A DNA stretch of 62,221 nucleotides, counting the filler, from Porpidia crustulata (lineage: Eukaryota), in assembly GCA_964255105.1 (NCBI GenBank). It is 3 parts of 3 records of this genome, joined end to end, with 100 filler letters (N's around TTAATTAATTAA, not from the genome) between each part and the next. Parts side by side here need not be neighbours in the genome. Positions count along the whole stretch, not along the records: positions 21,175 to 41,649 come from CAXUWE010000114.1; 2 more parts are not named here. One strand, written 5' to 3'. Every line of letters begins with the position of its first letter. Position 1 is the first letter of the stretch. Positions 24,613-37,496 of this stretch are shown piece after piece. Made by a program: the position numbers and the translations under genes. A model generated the notes under the pieces. It did no database searches. It saw only the letters and a list, made by a program, of their open reading frames with translations, and had not been told where the DNA came from.

Positions 24613-25458
24613 ATGACAACTAACCGTACTCGCCGTATTGCGAAAGAAATCGCCGACTTGCATCATGATACCCTTTCCAACATATCCGCGAATCCTGTCG
24701 GCGGCGGAGATGATCTTACCCATCTGAAAGGGTCATTTAAAGGACCGCCGGGTACACCATATGAAGGGGGTACTTACACTATCGACGTTAGAATACCTGG
24801 CGAATATCCCTTCCGCCCACCCATCATGAAGTTTGATACAAGAGTGTGGCATCCCAATGTTAGCAGTCAGACTGTAAGTCTTCAGTCCTCTAGGAAAATG
24901 CACAAATCACTGATTAATGTTCTCAGGGTGCCATATGCCTTGATACCCTGTCATCTGCCTGGTCACCCGTCCTTACTATTAAATCAGCCCTTCTCTCCCT
25001 TCAATCACTCTTAAGCACCCCGGAGCCTAAAGATCCTCAAGATGCTGAGGTTGCCGGAATGCTAATGCGAAATCCAAAGGAGTTTGAACGAGTCGCTCAG
25101 GAGTGGGCTGTGAAGTATGCGGGAGCACCAAAACGAGAGAAGGGCGAGGGTAGTGGCGGATCGACATCTCAGTCTCTGAAGCAGCGACAGCGAAAATCGA
25201 AAGAGGAGGAAGAAACTGAGAGATTGGCACGGTACGTGTACACGATTCTGTAGCGGATAAAGGCAACAATCTAATGCTTCCAGGTACGGTGGCTACAATG
25301 AGCAAATGATCAATCGTTTCGTATTGATGGGGTTCGATCTCGATCGCGTCGTGGCAGCGTTTGACTACGTGGGTATTGACCCTAATGATGCCGAAGATTA
25401 TCCGCTTGAGGAAGCGTACATTGGAGATATTACTGCAAGGCTGCTAGGAGAGCCATGA
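24613..25458 (+). CDS. UBC1: Ubiquitin-conjugating enzyme E2 with C-terminal UBA-like tail (Ubc1/UBE2K), 3 exons
   Basis: [42 protein letters not shown] (catalytic Cys)..[12 protein letters not shown], then a tail [15 protein letters not shown]...ARLLGEP*. Confidence 0.95.
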
Positions 25459-26135
25459 TAGCAGTGGAGACGACAATAATGAGCTTGATGGTAGTAATAC
25501 CACGAACCAGAGCTAATATTTGATTCGTGGCTTTCGGTCCTTGGGAGTTCATCATCTGGTTGTGCATGGCTTTGGTGACGGAGGATAATGGCGGGCAGAA
25601 GTGTCCAGTTTACCAGACAGGTAGCCTGTGAGCTTTTGAAACACACGAAGCATTGTTTATCCTTTCGGCCACCCAAATTCCTAATGCTGAAATCAAATAT
25701 TTTCCATACCTCCAAGATTCTATTGGAGAGGGCTAAAACACGAGTAGGACACTTATGCTAACTACCTTAAGCAGACACGATGCACGGGTGTTTGGTAAGG
25801 TAGGGCTGCAGCCTCCAATGCGGCTAGAATCCTCTCTATTTCATACCTCTGTTTCAGGACCACCTCATACAAGGTACTTCTAAATGTTTAGTTACTGTGA
25901 CGTTTCAAATCTTTCTTCGGTTTGATGCACCCCGGGCGAGAGCATGTTGGGGAAATTGCGGGGAAGTCTCGGCTATCATCTCGGCATTAACCTCATCATC
26001 ATAGCCAACCATCCAGTGTGAGTTGACGCTGCTCTTGTCAACTTGCATATCACAAATTGTTGTCCCAAACTCAACTTTGGGAGACTTGAAGGACAGGAAC
26101 CTGTTGGCTTTTAGGTTCAATAATTCTCAGAGTTC

Positions 26136-28408
26136 ATGGCTCCTAGGATCGAGACAGAGACCTCTAGTGCCGAGGGGCTCGAATTTAACAACGAAAAGGT
26201 GCAGCACCGCTCTTTGGAAAAGGCTCAATTTGAAAGCCATGAGTTTCCAGCCCTCGATCATGCTCTTGATAGAAGGATAACCCGGAAGTTCGACTTCCAT
26301 ATTGTTCCATGGCTATTTGGTCTCTGGCTGTTGGCGTTCATCGACAGAAGTAATATTGGTAACGCCAGGATCGTTGGACTGGCTACTGACTTGAAGTTGG
26401 ATGGAAACAAGTTCAATATTGTCAGTTTGGCGACGGCAATCGACTCGCACAGTATTGATAATTGGGCTCTTAGGCGTTGACCATCTTCTATGTTCCGTAT
26501 ATCCTGATCGACGTACCTAGTAACTGGTTTATGAAGGTAGCTCTGTGTGGTGTTCCTTTAAAGGACAGATAGCTGATCTTTTTTAGTACTTTGGCGCAGG
26601 ATACTATCTGCCTGCCCTCATGGTCGGATGGGGTATAGTAGGAATGTGTAAGTCAAATAACGTCGTCGCTGGAGTTTATTACTGACAGTAGGTCCGATAT
26701 CCAGGCATGGGTTTTGTCAAAACTTACAGGTATGGTACTTTTTCTACCTTGTTCATCTAAATTTTGTTGCTCACACTAAACACTTGCAGCGGCCTCCTAG
26801 CCACAAGATTTTTTCTGGGTTTATGTGAAGGTGGTCTTCTTGGTGGTATGGTTCTATATTTATCAATGTAAGCCAAATACACCACTTCAATGTTCACTTC
26901 TTGATGAGCAAAGGTTTTATCAACGACGTGATATGATCTTTCGACTGGGGCTATTCTATTGCGCCGCGCCCTTAAGTGGCGCTTTCGGTGGACTTCTCGC
27001 CACTGGCTTGTCAGAGATCCAATTTCATGGATACAAACGTAAGCTTGACAATGTCATCTGTGGATGAAGGCTTACACAGTTCACAGATTGGCCGTGGATC
27101 TTCATTGTTGAAGGGGTGAGGACGAATTTCACAACTACGCCCCTCTCTGCTGATTACTTTTGGCTTCTCTTCTGTGGCTGATCGGTGCTTTCATGTTGTC
27201 CTGTATGTGTACTAATCTTGCCCAAAACTAGGTGATTACGATTCTGTTTGGAGTCTTGACAGCTTGCTTCCTTCCCCATACGCCTAGTCAGTCTAAGTTT
27301 CTTACCGAACAAGAAAGAGCTGCCGCTGTGCAACGAATGAAAGCCGAACATGGCGGAGCTGCATCTTGGAAGGTCGAGTCTGAAACGTTCTCATGGCATT
27401 GGGTAAGCTAGTCGGGATGCCTCAGCATTCCATGATCTCCGCATGAAGTTTCGAGGATCAATTCCTCATCAATAGCTAACACGTTCCAGGTCCGCATGGC
27501 GTTATTAAATATCAACACTGTCGTACTCTCCATTAACTTCTTTGCCATAATCACACCGTGAGCCAATTTTCCGCGAAGTCTCAGACCTTGCTGACAGAAT
27601 CCAGTATATACTCGTTTTCCCTCTTTCTTCCAACAATCATCAAAAGTCTTGGGTACAGCAGCGTCACAGCACAGCTCTTCACTGTTCCGCCTTACATGGC
27701 GGGTTTTGTAGCCGTACTCCTAGGCACTTATATATCCGGCAGGGTCGGTCGTGGCCCAGTTATGTTGTTCTGTTGCTCTCTAGCTATCATTGGCTATATA
27801 ATGCTTCTCGTGCCGGCACGACCTTCGGTCCATTATGGAGGGTATGTCGATGATCTGGTATTCAGTCTGAGTCGTATATTCTTGCTGACCCTAATCTAGG
27901 ACTTTTTTCATAGCTGCTGGCAAGTCGGGGTGCATCATCATCATCGGCGCACTGACTAACAGTAAGACCCTAGGTGTTTTCCCGAGCTCACCAGCAGTAA
28001 TGGCGTGGTAAGTTGGCCGAACGGTCTCTACAATGATTGTCTGACCGTCACCAGGCTTGCGAACAACCTTGCGCCACATTATACGAGAGCCACTGGAACG
28101 GGGTTTCAAATCGCCATCGCTAATTGTGCAGCTTTCATTGCGACTTTTACATACCTACTCAAAGACGCGTAAGACATAGAAGCTCCTGGATGAATCAACT
28201 AATCTTTTTATGTAGTCCCAAGTATCGGACCGGGCATCTAATCAACATTGGGTTCCTTGTACTATCCCTAATTCTGTCGTCGTGTCACATTTTTTACGTA
28301 AAGTGGGAGAATCGCAAAAGAGCAAGTGGTGGACGGGATTATCGGTTGGAAGAGGAAGATGAGGGTATGCTTGGTTACAAGCACCCGAACTTCAGATACA
28401 CCATCTAG
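26136..28408 (+). CDS. MFS transporter, anion:cation symporter (Dal5/Tna1-like) family, very intron-rich
   Basis: RKFDFHIVPWLFGLWLLAFIDRSNIGNAR, DVPSN, RFFLGLCEGG, APLSGAFGGLLA, WPWIFIVEG, SLFLPTII..LG, AQLFTVPPY, HPNFRYTI*. Confidence 0.93.
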
Positions 28409-29513
28409 TTGCCTATCAGAGATGCCATAGCGCTGCTGAAACCTACTTGGTAGACTTGAAACTTGACGAACGGATTAAGCGTCTTCCCGTGGTGATCCGA
28501 ACTGCAGGGACCTGTGAGCTGCCATTTCTGGAATACGATATCGTACTCCATGCGAATAATTGTACGCGTCAGCAGTAGGTAACTAGTAGTAGAGGGGGCG
28601 CCTACCGGCGCGTCTGCATCTTGATCTACTTGCGCCCGACGGATCGTCTACAAAGGGGATTTGAGAATTTTGCTAACGAGCAATAGAGTCACTCATGCCC
28701 TCTTGATCAGGCGGCTAATGACAGATCAACAACGATAACCCTATCAAGGAGATATCAGCCGCCATTTATTGTTGCTGGTCTTTGCTCTATGGCACGGGTG
28801 CTCGCACCGTATTAGTGAAAATGACCGTTGATTACTTATAGGTGACAATGCTAACAGAGCCAGCGCCTTACCATCTGTGATATTTTGATTCACTTCGATG
28901 CCATCGAGCGAATGCCAGAGAATACCGTCCATTTGGCTGGATGATTGTGGGGGCTGGACAGCCGGCTCAAGCATAACGAAGGGAATGCGCCCCGAGAGAA
29001 ACAGGCTGCCACTGAATTGTCTGGCACAGTCGTACAGAACCACAATTTATACTCACATCACCACCATGGGTATCAGCGCCGGAAGGCTAAAGCACCACAC
29101 CGCTTATCGCATAATGATATTCCCGCGGCTATTCCCACTTATTCGAGCTGTTTCCTAACTTGCAACGCGGCCGACCACGAAGTCCTTCGCCTCGGATTCT
29201 GTGACCTCAAGTATGCGTATGGCGATCTCTGATGAGTTTTTATACGAGTAACAATATTTGGATTTGGTCATCTAATGCTGCCGATATATATCAAACCCTT
29301 CGAATCGCTGCGTCGTCTACAATCTTGTTAACCAATTCTGAACGTCATATAAGCAAGGTCTCCCTGCACTTCCCTTATTTCCTGCAAGCACTATTATTTC
29401 TATCGTTGATCAGTATTCCCCCGATCATTCAATATCATTCCGGTCAATCATTTAGCCTTACCTCCCTCGACGTTTCCCCTTAAAGTCTTTCCCAGAGCAT
29501 CAATCCCAACGCC

Positions 29514-29885
29514 ATGGTTCCTCTATCTCAAATATTTCTCGTCGTCCTGTCCATCCTCAGGTAGCTCACGCCACTCCATACTCCCCCGTAAATCATCATG
29601 GAATGTAACGACTGAAACAGTGCTACCCTTGCCGGACCTCTCCCGTATTATGGGTTTGCAGCTATTCCCATTACAGAAGCTCGACATCATAAGCACCATT
29701 TCTCAAACGGTACCGCAACAGCGATGGGTGGGCCTACCGCAGCGTCAGGCTTCCCTGTTCCCACAGCATCAGGCTGGCGTTTTCACCCGTACAACTATGA
29801 ACATCACAACCTGGAGCATGAACCGCGCCGCAATGAAGCACCAGGGTATCTTCGACGTGCATTGGGCTTGAGCGGCATCATGTAA
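29514..29885 (+). CDS. Small secreted His-rich protein (103 aa, 2 exons; absent from the ORF track)
   Basis: Exon 29514-29560, 60-nt intron gtagct...ctgaaacag, exon 29621-29885 give MVPLSQIFLVVLSILSATLA|GPLPYYGFAAIPITEARHHKHHFSNGTATAMGGPTAASGFPVPTASGWRFHPYNYEHHNLEHEPRRNEAPGYLRRALGLSGIM*, with a signal-peptide-like N-terminus. Confidence 0.7.
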
Positions 29886-30359
29886 GAGTTACAGTCTATA
29901 CTGAAAGAGTGCATGACAGATCGGATGGTTGCATGCTGGGTATACAGCAAATCCTATAATCAGTCCTGTCCGAGCCGCAACCCGTGCTAGCGTATGTCAA
30001 TTTCTCAGACCCCTTGGAAGTCATTTAATAGTTTGCGTACTCTTTCTCACATGATTGGACCCACACGTGGAAATTGCTATCGATGTGAAATGAAGCAGAA
30101 GACGTTCCAACCCCAGCGAGAGAGGGAAACTAAGGTTAGGGCTCATTGGCTGGTTTTCCCGCTGAACTGTTCTGACAGCAGTAACCAGATGTAGACTAGT
30201 CCATAATACTCAATTGCGATCTATTGCTTTATTTGCCTATTGCTCCATATATCTTTCCAACATAAATCACAGAAGGTTCGATAGATCAGGTATGCCCAGT
30301 CACATATCGTTGATCGTCGATGTATGCAGTCAATCTAGCCCTTGAGGTAGATGGCTAAG

Positions 30360-31100
30360 AAGCGGCTGTTTGGATTGGTGAATTCAGATCTCGGACCCAT
30401 GAAGCATGAGCCTCCTCGACAAGACTTTCACGGCCGAGATATCTAAAAATCTATCCAGCACGGTGGCCTCCTGTGCCATTTCAGAGTCAATGAGGTTCGA
30501 CAGGGGGTGCACAGAGAGAACGATGGGGCGTACGATATTCATGGAATCAGTATGAGCCTCGACCGCACAGCAATGAAGCTCAAACAAGCCGATTACTATC
30601 TTGAACAACGGGGAATGAGCCATGACGAACTTTTTCTTTATGTTGAAAATTGACTTGGGTACTGTCCGCATCCGGCTTATCATGTTATATGTGTTTAAAT
30701 ATACCACATTGCTTATTGTCTCACATACGTCCAGTCCTTCGCTATATATATTTGCTACTCCACGATTTATCTCATTCAAATTGAAAAGGGCTTCGACCTT
30801 GCCCCTATGCAAGATCTCCTGGCATGCTATCGGACTGGTCACGATTGTGGGGTAGAGGGCTCTCCGTTCGTTGCAGTGGCTGCTCTGTCGCTGGGCGAGA
30901 GAGCTATTCGGGATGGAGCTACATTCGGTGTTGAGTGCTCTCAACTCCGGTGTGGATGAGTGATGCCAAAGTGTCGGTGTTGCCACAGAATTCAATCACC
31001 CAAGCTGTGTCGGGGAAATAATCTCATTTCAAGGTTCTTGAAACCTCGCCGGTCTTCTTCCTTTTTTCTCTGGCAACATATTCACTCGGATTGTCAGCAG
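30360..31100 (-). pseudogene. Possible decayed hypothetical gene
   Basis: A 203-codon open frame plus protein-like, stop-riddled alternative frames; no recognisable domain. Confidence 0.2.
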
Positions 31101-31301
31101 CACCAGATGATTTGTCAATACTATCAAGGCCAAGTAGCTTCTCTTACTTCTTGATACTACTCGTCTCCTACACATCGTCACATACCTGTCGAGCCCTAGT
31201 ATACTCTGTTCATTCAAACCATTCTGCCGCCATCTCTTCGAGTATCTCCTGATTGTGTTTGACGGTAACGTCGAATATTTTGTGGCCAGCATGCAGCTAC
31301 C

Positions 31302-34300
31302 ATGGAAGAAGCTACAAGACCACAAAGCCAAGCGAAGAGAAGTGGTATGGCAATATGTTGGCTCACTTAAGCAATTTACTCACAAATATAGGGACAACAT
31401 TCGACAGCTTCCGTAGTGTCGGCATCTCTTCTCGGCATGTTGAGACTGCCCGGTACGTGGTTAAAGAATATCTTCAGTAAGAGAAAGCAGGTAAGAATAA
31501 ATTTATTATAAAGACACGTCAGAATCAAACAAGGTCTAACATACACAGGGCTTACATCAGCAGACGGACCAATTGTCAGTTGAAGAACTGTTGCGTACTT
31601 GTAGATCATTGAGGTCTTCGCGCAATGATGTCCTCATTGCACGGTCAACAGATTCGTGCAATTTTTGTTTATCGCTGGATAAGAGCTTCAATGTGAAAGA
31701 ATTCGTCGAGTCCGAGATAAGCTCAGCAGGAACAAACAAGAATGTATGTTGAAACCATTCCGGATTCTTTCATCGACTCTTTATGACTTTATTAATACCC
31801 TACAGGATTCTTACGAGCCTGTTGTGAAGCCTGGTGTCGAAGCCGACGACTCGATACTCGAGACGACCATAGTCCTTCCCGAATATAGTACAATCGACCC
31901 AGAAGTCTCGTCAATGGTGGGTCTTTTGAATGGTAAAGATAGCCAGCTACTTAACGACCGACCACATCCCATAAAGCAGCTGTCAGTAAAGAGTCCTGAA
32001 ATCTGTCGTAGTGATTTGAATGTGTTGAATGTTTCAGAAAAGAATACTGATCAGTTTGGCGGAGATCAGACCGTTGCCAAGCAGGATCAGAACAGGAGCG
32101 AGTTCTTCGTGCACGACGACACTGAAGTATTCGCGTTTGCAAACGCAGGTGGAGCTTGCAGCGAGCGATGTAGCCTTGACCCTACAGGCTCTGTCCAATG
32201 ATTCTGAGGTAGGTAATGTTCACGATAATGAAGGACGGAAACATCAAATCATCGTCGAAGCAATTAGGGATGTGTCCCAACGGAGACGGACAAGTCCATC
32301 GGATGAAATCGAGGGTACGGTGGGCCAATGGAGTATAACGTCCCAGATGCCACAAATCCAATCGGACCATCCACGGCTACTCTCTGGAACAACTTTTGTG
32401 GACTCGGATGATTCTTGTAGTAAGTCATCAACGTTACAGTCAGATCCTACCTGTGACACCGGCCTTGCACCGAAAAGTAGTCCGCAAGAGGATAGCAGTG
32501 AATACATCATCGGTGATGATGCTTAAGGGATCGAAGCGCGCATCAGCATTGATGCAATATCACCAGATGTTGGGTGGGAGGTGGTCTTGGACTCCCAGCA
32601 AATATCCCACGGAAACGAGATGGCAGATCCGGCTGAAGACCATGCGGCAGAGATAGACGAAATTCGAGCCGAATATACCGTTCAAATCCGACAGATTCGG
32701 AAAAGGTATGCCTCAGCGCTCACCGTCATAAAGCGGCTCAAAGAACATAACAAAGAGCTCAGCAAGCAGCAAGATTCTCAGGCGCAGCAGCTGCAACACA
32801 AGGATGGGATAATACAGCAAGTTTTTGCCAGCTACCAAGAACTTCAGTCTCGTATTGAGCAACTCGAAGCCAGTTCAATATCAAAAGAACGCTCCGAGTC
32901 ATCGAGCATGACCTCATCGACTGTGAGTAACCATACAATTCTGGACCAGATTGCGGTGTTGAGAGCCAAAGCTGATGATAGAGAAAAAAAGGTTTGTAGG
33001 CTACAAGATGCAAACGCCAGCTTGCTGGTTGCACTTGCAAAGGACAAATTGGAGGCCGACTTCAATGCCGACAAAGTCCATGAGCTGATGTACAGACTTG
33101 AAGATAAGCCTCCGTCCGAAAGCGATAAGGACCGCATTATTGAATACAAGGATAAGTCCTACAACGACCTTTATGATCAATCCAGTGAGATTATTGAGGG
33201 GCTTCAGGCACGAGTTCGAATTCTCGAGAACGAGGCAGAAGTCGACAAGGCCAGCAGCCATGAACAGATCCTGGCTCTGAAGAGTGACTTGCATAGAAAG
33301 ATACGGCTGAACTCGGACTTGGTGGCAAGAAAAAACGCCTTCCAGAGTGCGAATAAGTCTATCTTTGACCTACGAATGCGACCTGCAGACGATGCCGACC
33401 TTCAGAACGCTATGGACGAATGCTTTTAGGCTGCCCAAAACGATAACACGTTCTTGAAGGAAACTGTGAAAAATCAAGCCAAGGCAATCCAAAAGGCAGA
33501 CATCGAAATTAGGTCCATGCAAGCCATCATTTCCGGCTCTCGTACAACCGAGAGAGAGCAGACCAAGTTTATCCTCGAACTTAAAGCGCAGAAGCACTCT
33601 CAAGAATGCGAAATGGGGTGCCTGCAAGCTGAATTCGAGATTATGCCTGTTCAGCATAAGGAAGCGCTGGCAAACAAAGATGCATGGAACGCGCATTACA
33701 AGGACAAGGCCATTTCTATCGAACACGAGAAAGATGTCTTCATAAATAGTAGACTTGATCTGTGGGTCCGTGAGGCCTTCAATTGCAAACAGCAGGAGCT
33801 GTCTCAGCTTCGGAGCGATATAACAGCATTTTCGTCGGCGAATCGGAAGCTTCGCAATGATTTGGCGAAAATGGAAAGTGTTCGAGCAGAAGATGCTTTT
33901 ATCGATGCTCAGGTGTCGGAGACGAACCGCAAACGCGCCAGAATTGCAGAGGAGGAAGTCTGGACCCTTCGCAAAGAACTCTCTGACCTGCGTATTGACC
34001 AAAGGAACGAGTGGGCCCTCGCTATCAAAGCCGTTGGATACGACCTCTTGGATCATATAAAATGCCTTGAGGAGACCCTGCGAACCCACGGAACAGGGAA
34101 CGGCAACGATCAGCAAGATTTAATTGCTCGCTATATTAGCCTTTTCGACCTTGTCGACGACCACGAAAATGGTCCTGACGCCGATATTCATGAAGTCGAG
34201 AGTTCTAAAGCCCAAAAGTCCGTGCCATCGAGAAGGGAGATCTTGGCCGAATTCGACGCGGTTTTGGCAGACAACGGCACAAGACTACAACACGTCGATA

Positions 34301-34446
34301 TGCCAGCGGAAGAAACGGGGGAGAACCTAACGCTTGCGGAAAAGGAGGGCAAGTCGATTGAGATGACTTCCAATAAATGGGCACGCAAACACGCCCGCAC
34401 GGATCACGCTGGACCCAGTGACCTCGAAGAGGATTTATTTTTCTAA
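31302..34446 (+). pseudogene. Disrupted long coiled-coil protein gene
   Basis: ORFs 32029-32526, 32581-33429 and 33454-34446 are in the same frame, separated only by single stops TAA (32524) and TAG (33427). A frameshift near 32145 links them to 31746-32201. Intron-like signals lie upstream; the sequence is E/K/Q/L-rich and heptad-like. Confidence 0.7.
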
Positions 34447-35859
34447 GGCGCAGGTATACTTTCCCTGGTGGTAATTCGAGGAGTCATTGTCTACAAATGT
34501 TCGAAATATTCCTGGCGCAATTAAATTTCTGAGTAAAGAGTTGGTGCTTGGCGTGCGGCGTCTCATTTGGAACTATTCTTTTCATATAGGATAACCAACG
34601 GAAGCCATCAAATCCTAATCAACATCATTGACCATGGAACTATGGGATATGATATCAAAACCTACTCCGTGAAATAGCACCGACACGCTCTCTCGCCACG
34701 AGTCAAATTCTGGACTTCTACCTCGCCTCTTGTAAGGAGCGTAGCTATGAAGCCCTCGGATGAACGCAGCTACTATTCTAGCCATAAGAAATACAAAAAA
34801 GTGCAAGATCCATCTGTGAACTCTCGCCCTACAGCAAGGGAAAGCTGCCACGGACGACTTCCATCACGATCCGCGAGTCAACAACAGCTTCTACGCAAGT
34901 CGTCAATTTTACTCTGGCAGGACGTTAGTGCTCCCTCGATTGTACGGCTGAAATAATCTATATTGGGGACAGGTCATGTCTTCTTCATCAGGACCGAGAA
35001 CTATATTCAATGTCGTGCCAATAAGGCCTTCTGGATGAATGAAACTGCATTTATTACGAGCTGGCTTTGAGGTCTCGAGGTGACGAGCCCGTTCTTGATT
35101 ATGAATCCTTGTGGGGTGTGTATATCTAATTTATGTGTATTGTTCTCTTTGGGGTACCTCGAACTTTGATATAATCATGTCGATGTATACATTCGTATCC
35201 TGTGTTGGTGTAATCAGTTTTACACTTATCGTCTATGTATTCATGCCTGATGTTTGCTGACACTTTCTGCTCGAACTCATTGTATCATTATAAGCGAGTT
35301 CTTCATTCTGCGACATAAACGCGCTCGAATTTATCTTCGACATCTGTTGCTTCTTCCTTCATCAACGAACTCTGAAGGATTTTGCTCCAGGCTCGACATC
35401 GAACGTCAGGACATACAAAGCCTCATTGATTGATGTCATCCAAGGAAGGCTTGCTCATTTAGAGATCTTGTGTCTGTAAATCAGGATACTGAAACAGCCC
35501 TGCTGCTCCTTCTTACCGTAGCCACAACACTATTGTCTATGTCTACTTTTCCGCTCTTTCTAGACATCCCTCTTATCTATTGTAGCTATGGTTTCAACGG
35601 AACGAGATTTCAATTAGAAACACGACTAAGGGGTGGAAAAGCATTCAGCAAAGTAAATAATCCGGACCTATGTTCTCAAACAACATACTGATCTGAATCA
35701 AGGATGCAATGAAGCCAAAAGCCCTAGCTCGACCATAGTCGATAGGGTTCAAGTTCAACGAGATATTAACATAGAAGGCTGTATGAACCAGTTTTGCCTT
35801 ACTGTTCATGATGGTGTCCCTTTTGACTTTGTTGTCGTTGGACGACATGCGTTAGCGAA

Positions 35860-36650
35860 ATGAACGCGAACCGTTCAATCTTTAAACCCAAGTTAAATCC
35901 GTGTTTAAAATCAAGAAGCCGAAGCAGGAATCGATTGGTTCCACAGCTTCTTCAAAAGCGGCTTTCATGATCCCGCCGAACTTTGAGGATGCGGCTGACC
36001 AGCTGCTTCTGATCGCAGCGGAGGGAGTAAAATCATCGCAAGAGACTCTGGTTGGGACAGAGTCTTAGAACACGTGAGCTCCTACCTCTTCCCTCCAAAA
36101 ACCTCCCAGCAAGTCCACCATGTACTCGCGATGCTATTCAGCCGTGTATTGAAGTATTACAGCTCGAAGCCCCGAACAGCTAGGAAAACGAGAGGAAAGC
36201 CTGTCAACAAAGCATTCGGGATGTGATACGCTCACCAAAGGCAGCGCGAAAGAGTATGTTCGTCCCGCAGATACGACCGAACAAACAATAGTCGTAGAAT
36301 CTTCGGAGGAGGGCCTTCTCAATGAGGAAAGTCTCAGGAAGAACGTTAAAAAGATGTTTACAAAGAGTGAAGATTTAACAAGATTTGAGAGAAAAGCTGA
36401 AAGCAAGACCGTTATTCATGATTCCATCTTGCAGACGTTCTTCTAGAACGCAAATCTTTGAGATGATTGTAACATTCTCGTTACAGAGAACGTCGATAAT
36501 ATTAGAAACCGTCTCCGAACTACGAGAAGCTTGAAGAAGCAAATGCTAAAAGAGATTAAAGAGCTCAAGCGCGGTATCGAGCAGCTTAAAGATTCAGATC
36601 TTTATGCTTCTTTATTGTACTATAGACTCTATAAGCAGCACATTAACTTG
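35860..36650 (+). pseudogene. Remnant of a charged/coiled-coil hypothetical gene
   Basis: Protein-like runs (KIKKPKQESIGSTASSKAAFMIPPNFEDAADQLL; EQLGKREESLSTK...RFERKAESK; KKQMLKEIKELKRGIEQLK) broken by stops and frameshifts. Confidence 0.35.
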
Positions 36651-36782
36651 AGAAATATCTTGATTTCTGAGCGTAGAACATTCACGAACTACTGTGGATC
36701 CATTGACGTGAAAAACCAAAGTAGAATGGGTAGTGTAGTAAAAATTAGGAAGGTGTTCATCTTGTGTCGAGGTATGATAATA

Positions 36783-36882
36783 AATCAGCCCTCAACGGAG
36801 CACACCCCTCGACGGAACAACTAGACTCAAACTAATAAAATCAACCCTAACCCTATGCCTGCTGTTCCGTTGAGGGGTGAAT
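36783..36882. mobile_element. ~100-bp MITE-like hairpin with telomeric hexamers
   Basis: CACCCCTCGACGGAACA (36803-36819) matches the reverse complement of 36863-36879 at 16/17. The motif is doubled at the left end (GCCCTCAACGGAGCA); internal AACCCTAACCCTA. Confidence 0.65.
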
Positions 36883-37496
36883 ACCCCGAAGACGCAGCTT
36901 TACATGATCTCCAACGTCTTGGAAAGATTCATCGCTTTCATGGACTCGTTTCGGATACATGCAAGTAACATGTAGTGTGAGAAGGCTGGTGCCAAGGAAG
37001 GTATAAAGCGTGCATACTTAAATATCTCGGGCATAAAGGAGGGGACCTCAGCCTCGTCGATGCATTATTTTCTCTTTCTCAAGCATTTTGCGTGATGCTG
37101 AAAGACTGATCTCTGCCTCGTGCACGACTGAAGTTCATACTGGGATTCTGCGCCATGCTGGAAGGCTGACTTCAGCCTTCTCAACTATTTGATACTTAAG
37201 TAGACATCCTGTGACGTGCTAGGTCAGGGGGTTCAGCCTCGTCAACGCACTGAGTTTCTCCCAGGCGTCGTCAGCTCTAGCAACGTAAAGTACTGAAGGT
37301 GCGGAAATCTTGTCGTACTCTCAAAGTACGGCTCCTTCTACTATCCTCTCGTTTCTGTAGTAAGTCTTAAGCGCTACTGGTATTCAAATCTTTATAAAGA
37401 CTGGCCTGGCTAAGTCCCCACACGATCAATCTTGAAAAGGGCTTTCGATGTTCAGCAGAGGTCGCAACTGAGAATTGTCAACAGTCGCCAGCAGTC

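Noticed and set aside
33370..34116. Long antisense/overlapping ORFs (also 7390-8007, 45640-46020, 59798-60208)
   Set aside because: Shadow frames of real or formerly real coding sequence on the opposite strand.
37010..37300. Diverged direct repeat (TCAGCCTCGTCRAYGCA near 37048 and 37233)
   Set aside because: Only two short, degenerate copies; no LTR, TSD or array structure, and not CRISPR-like.
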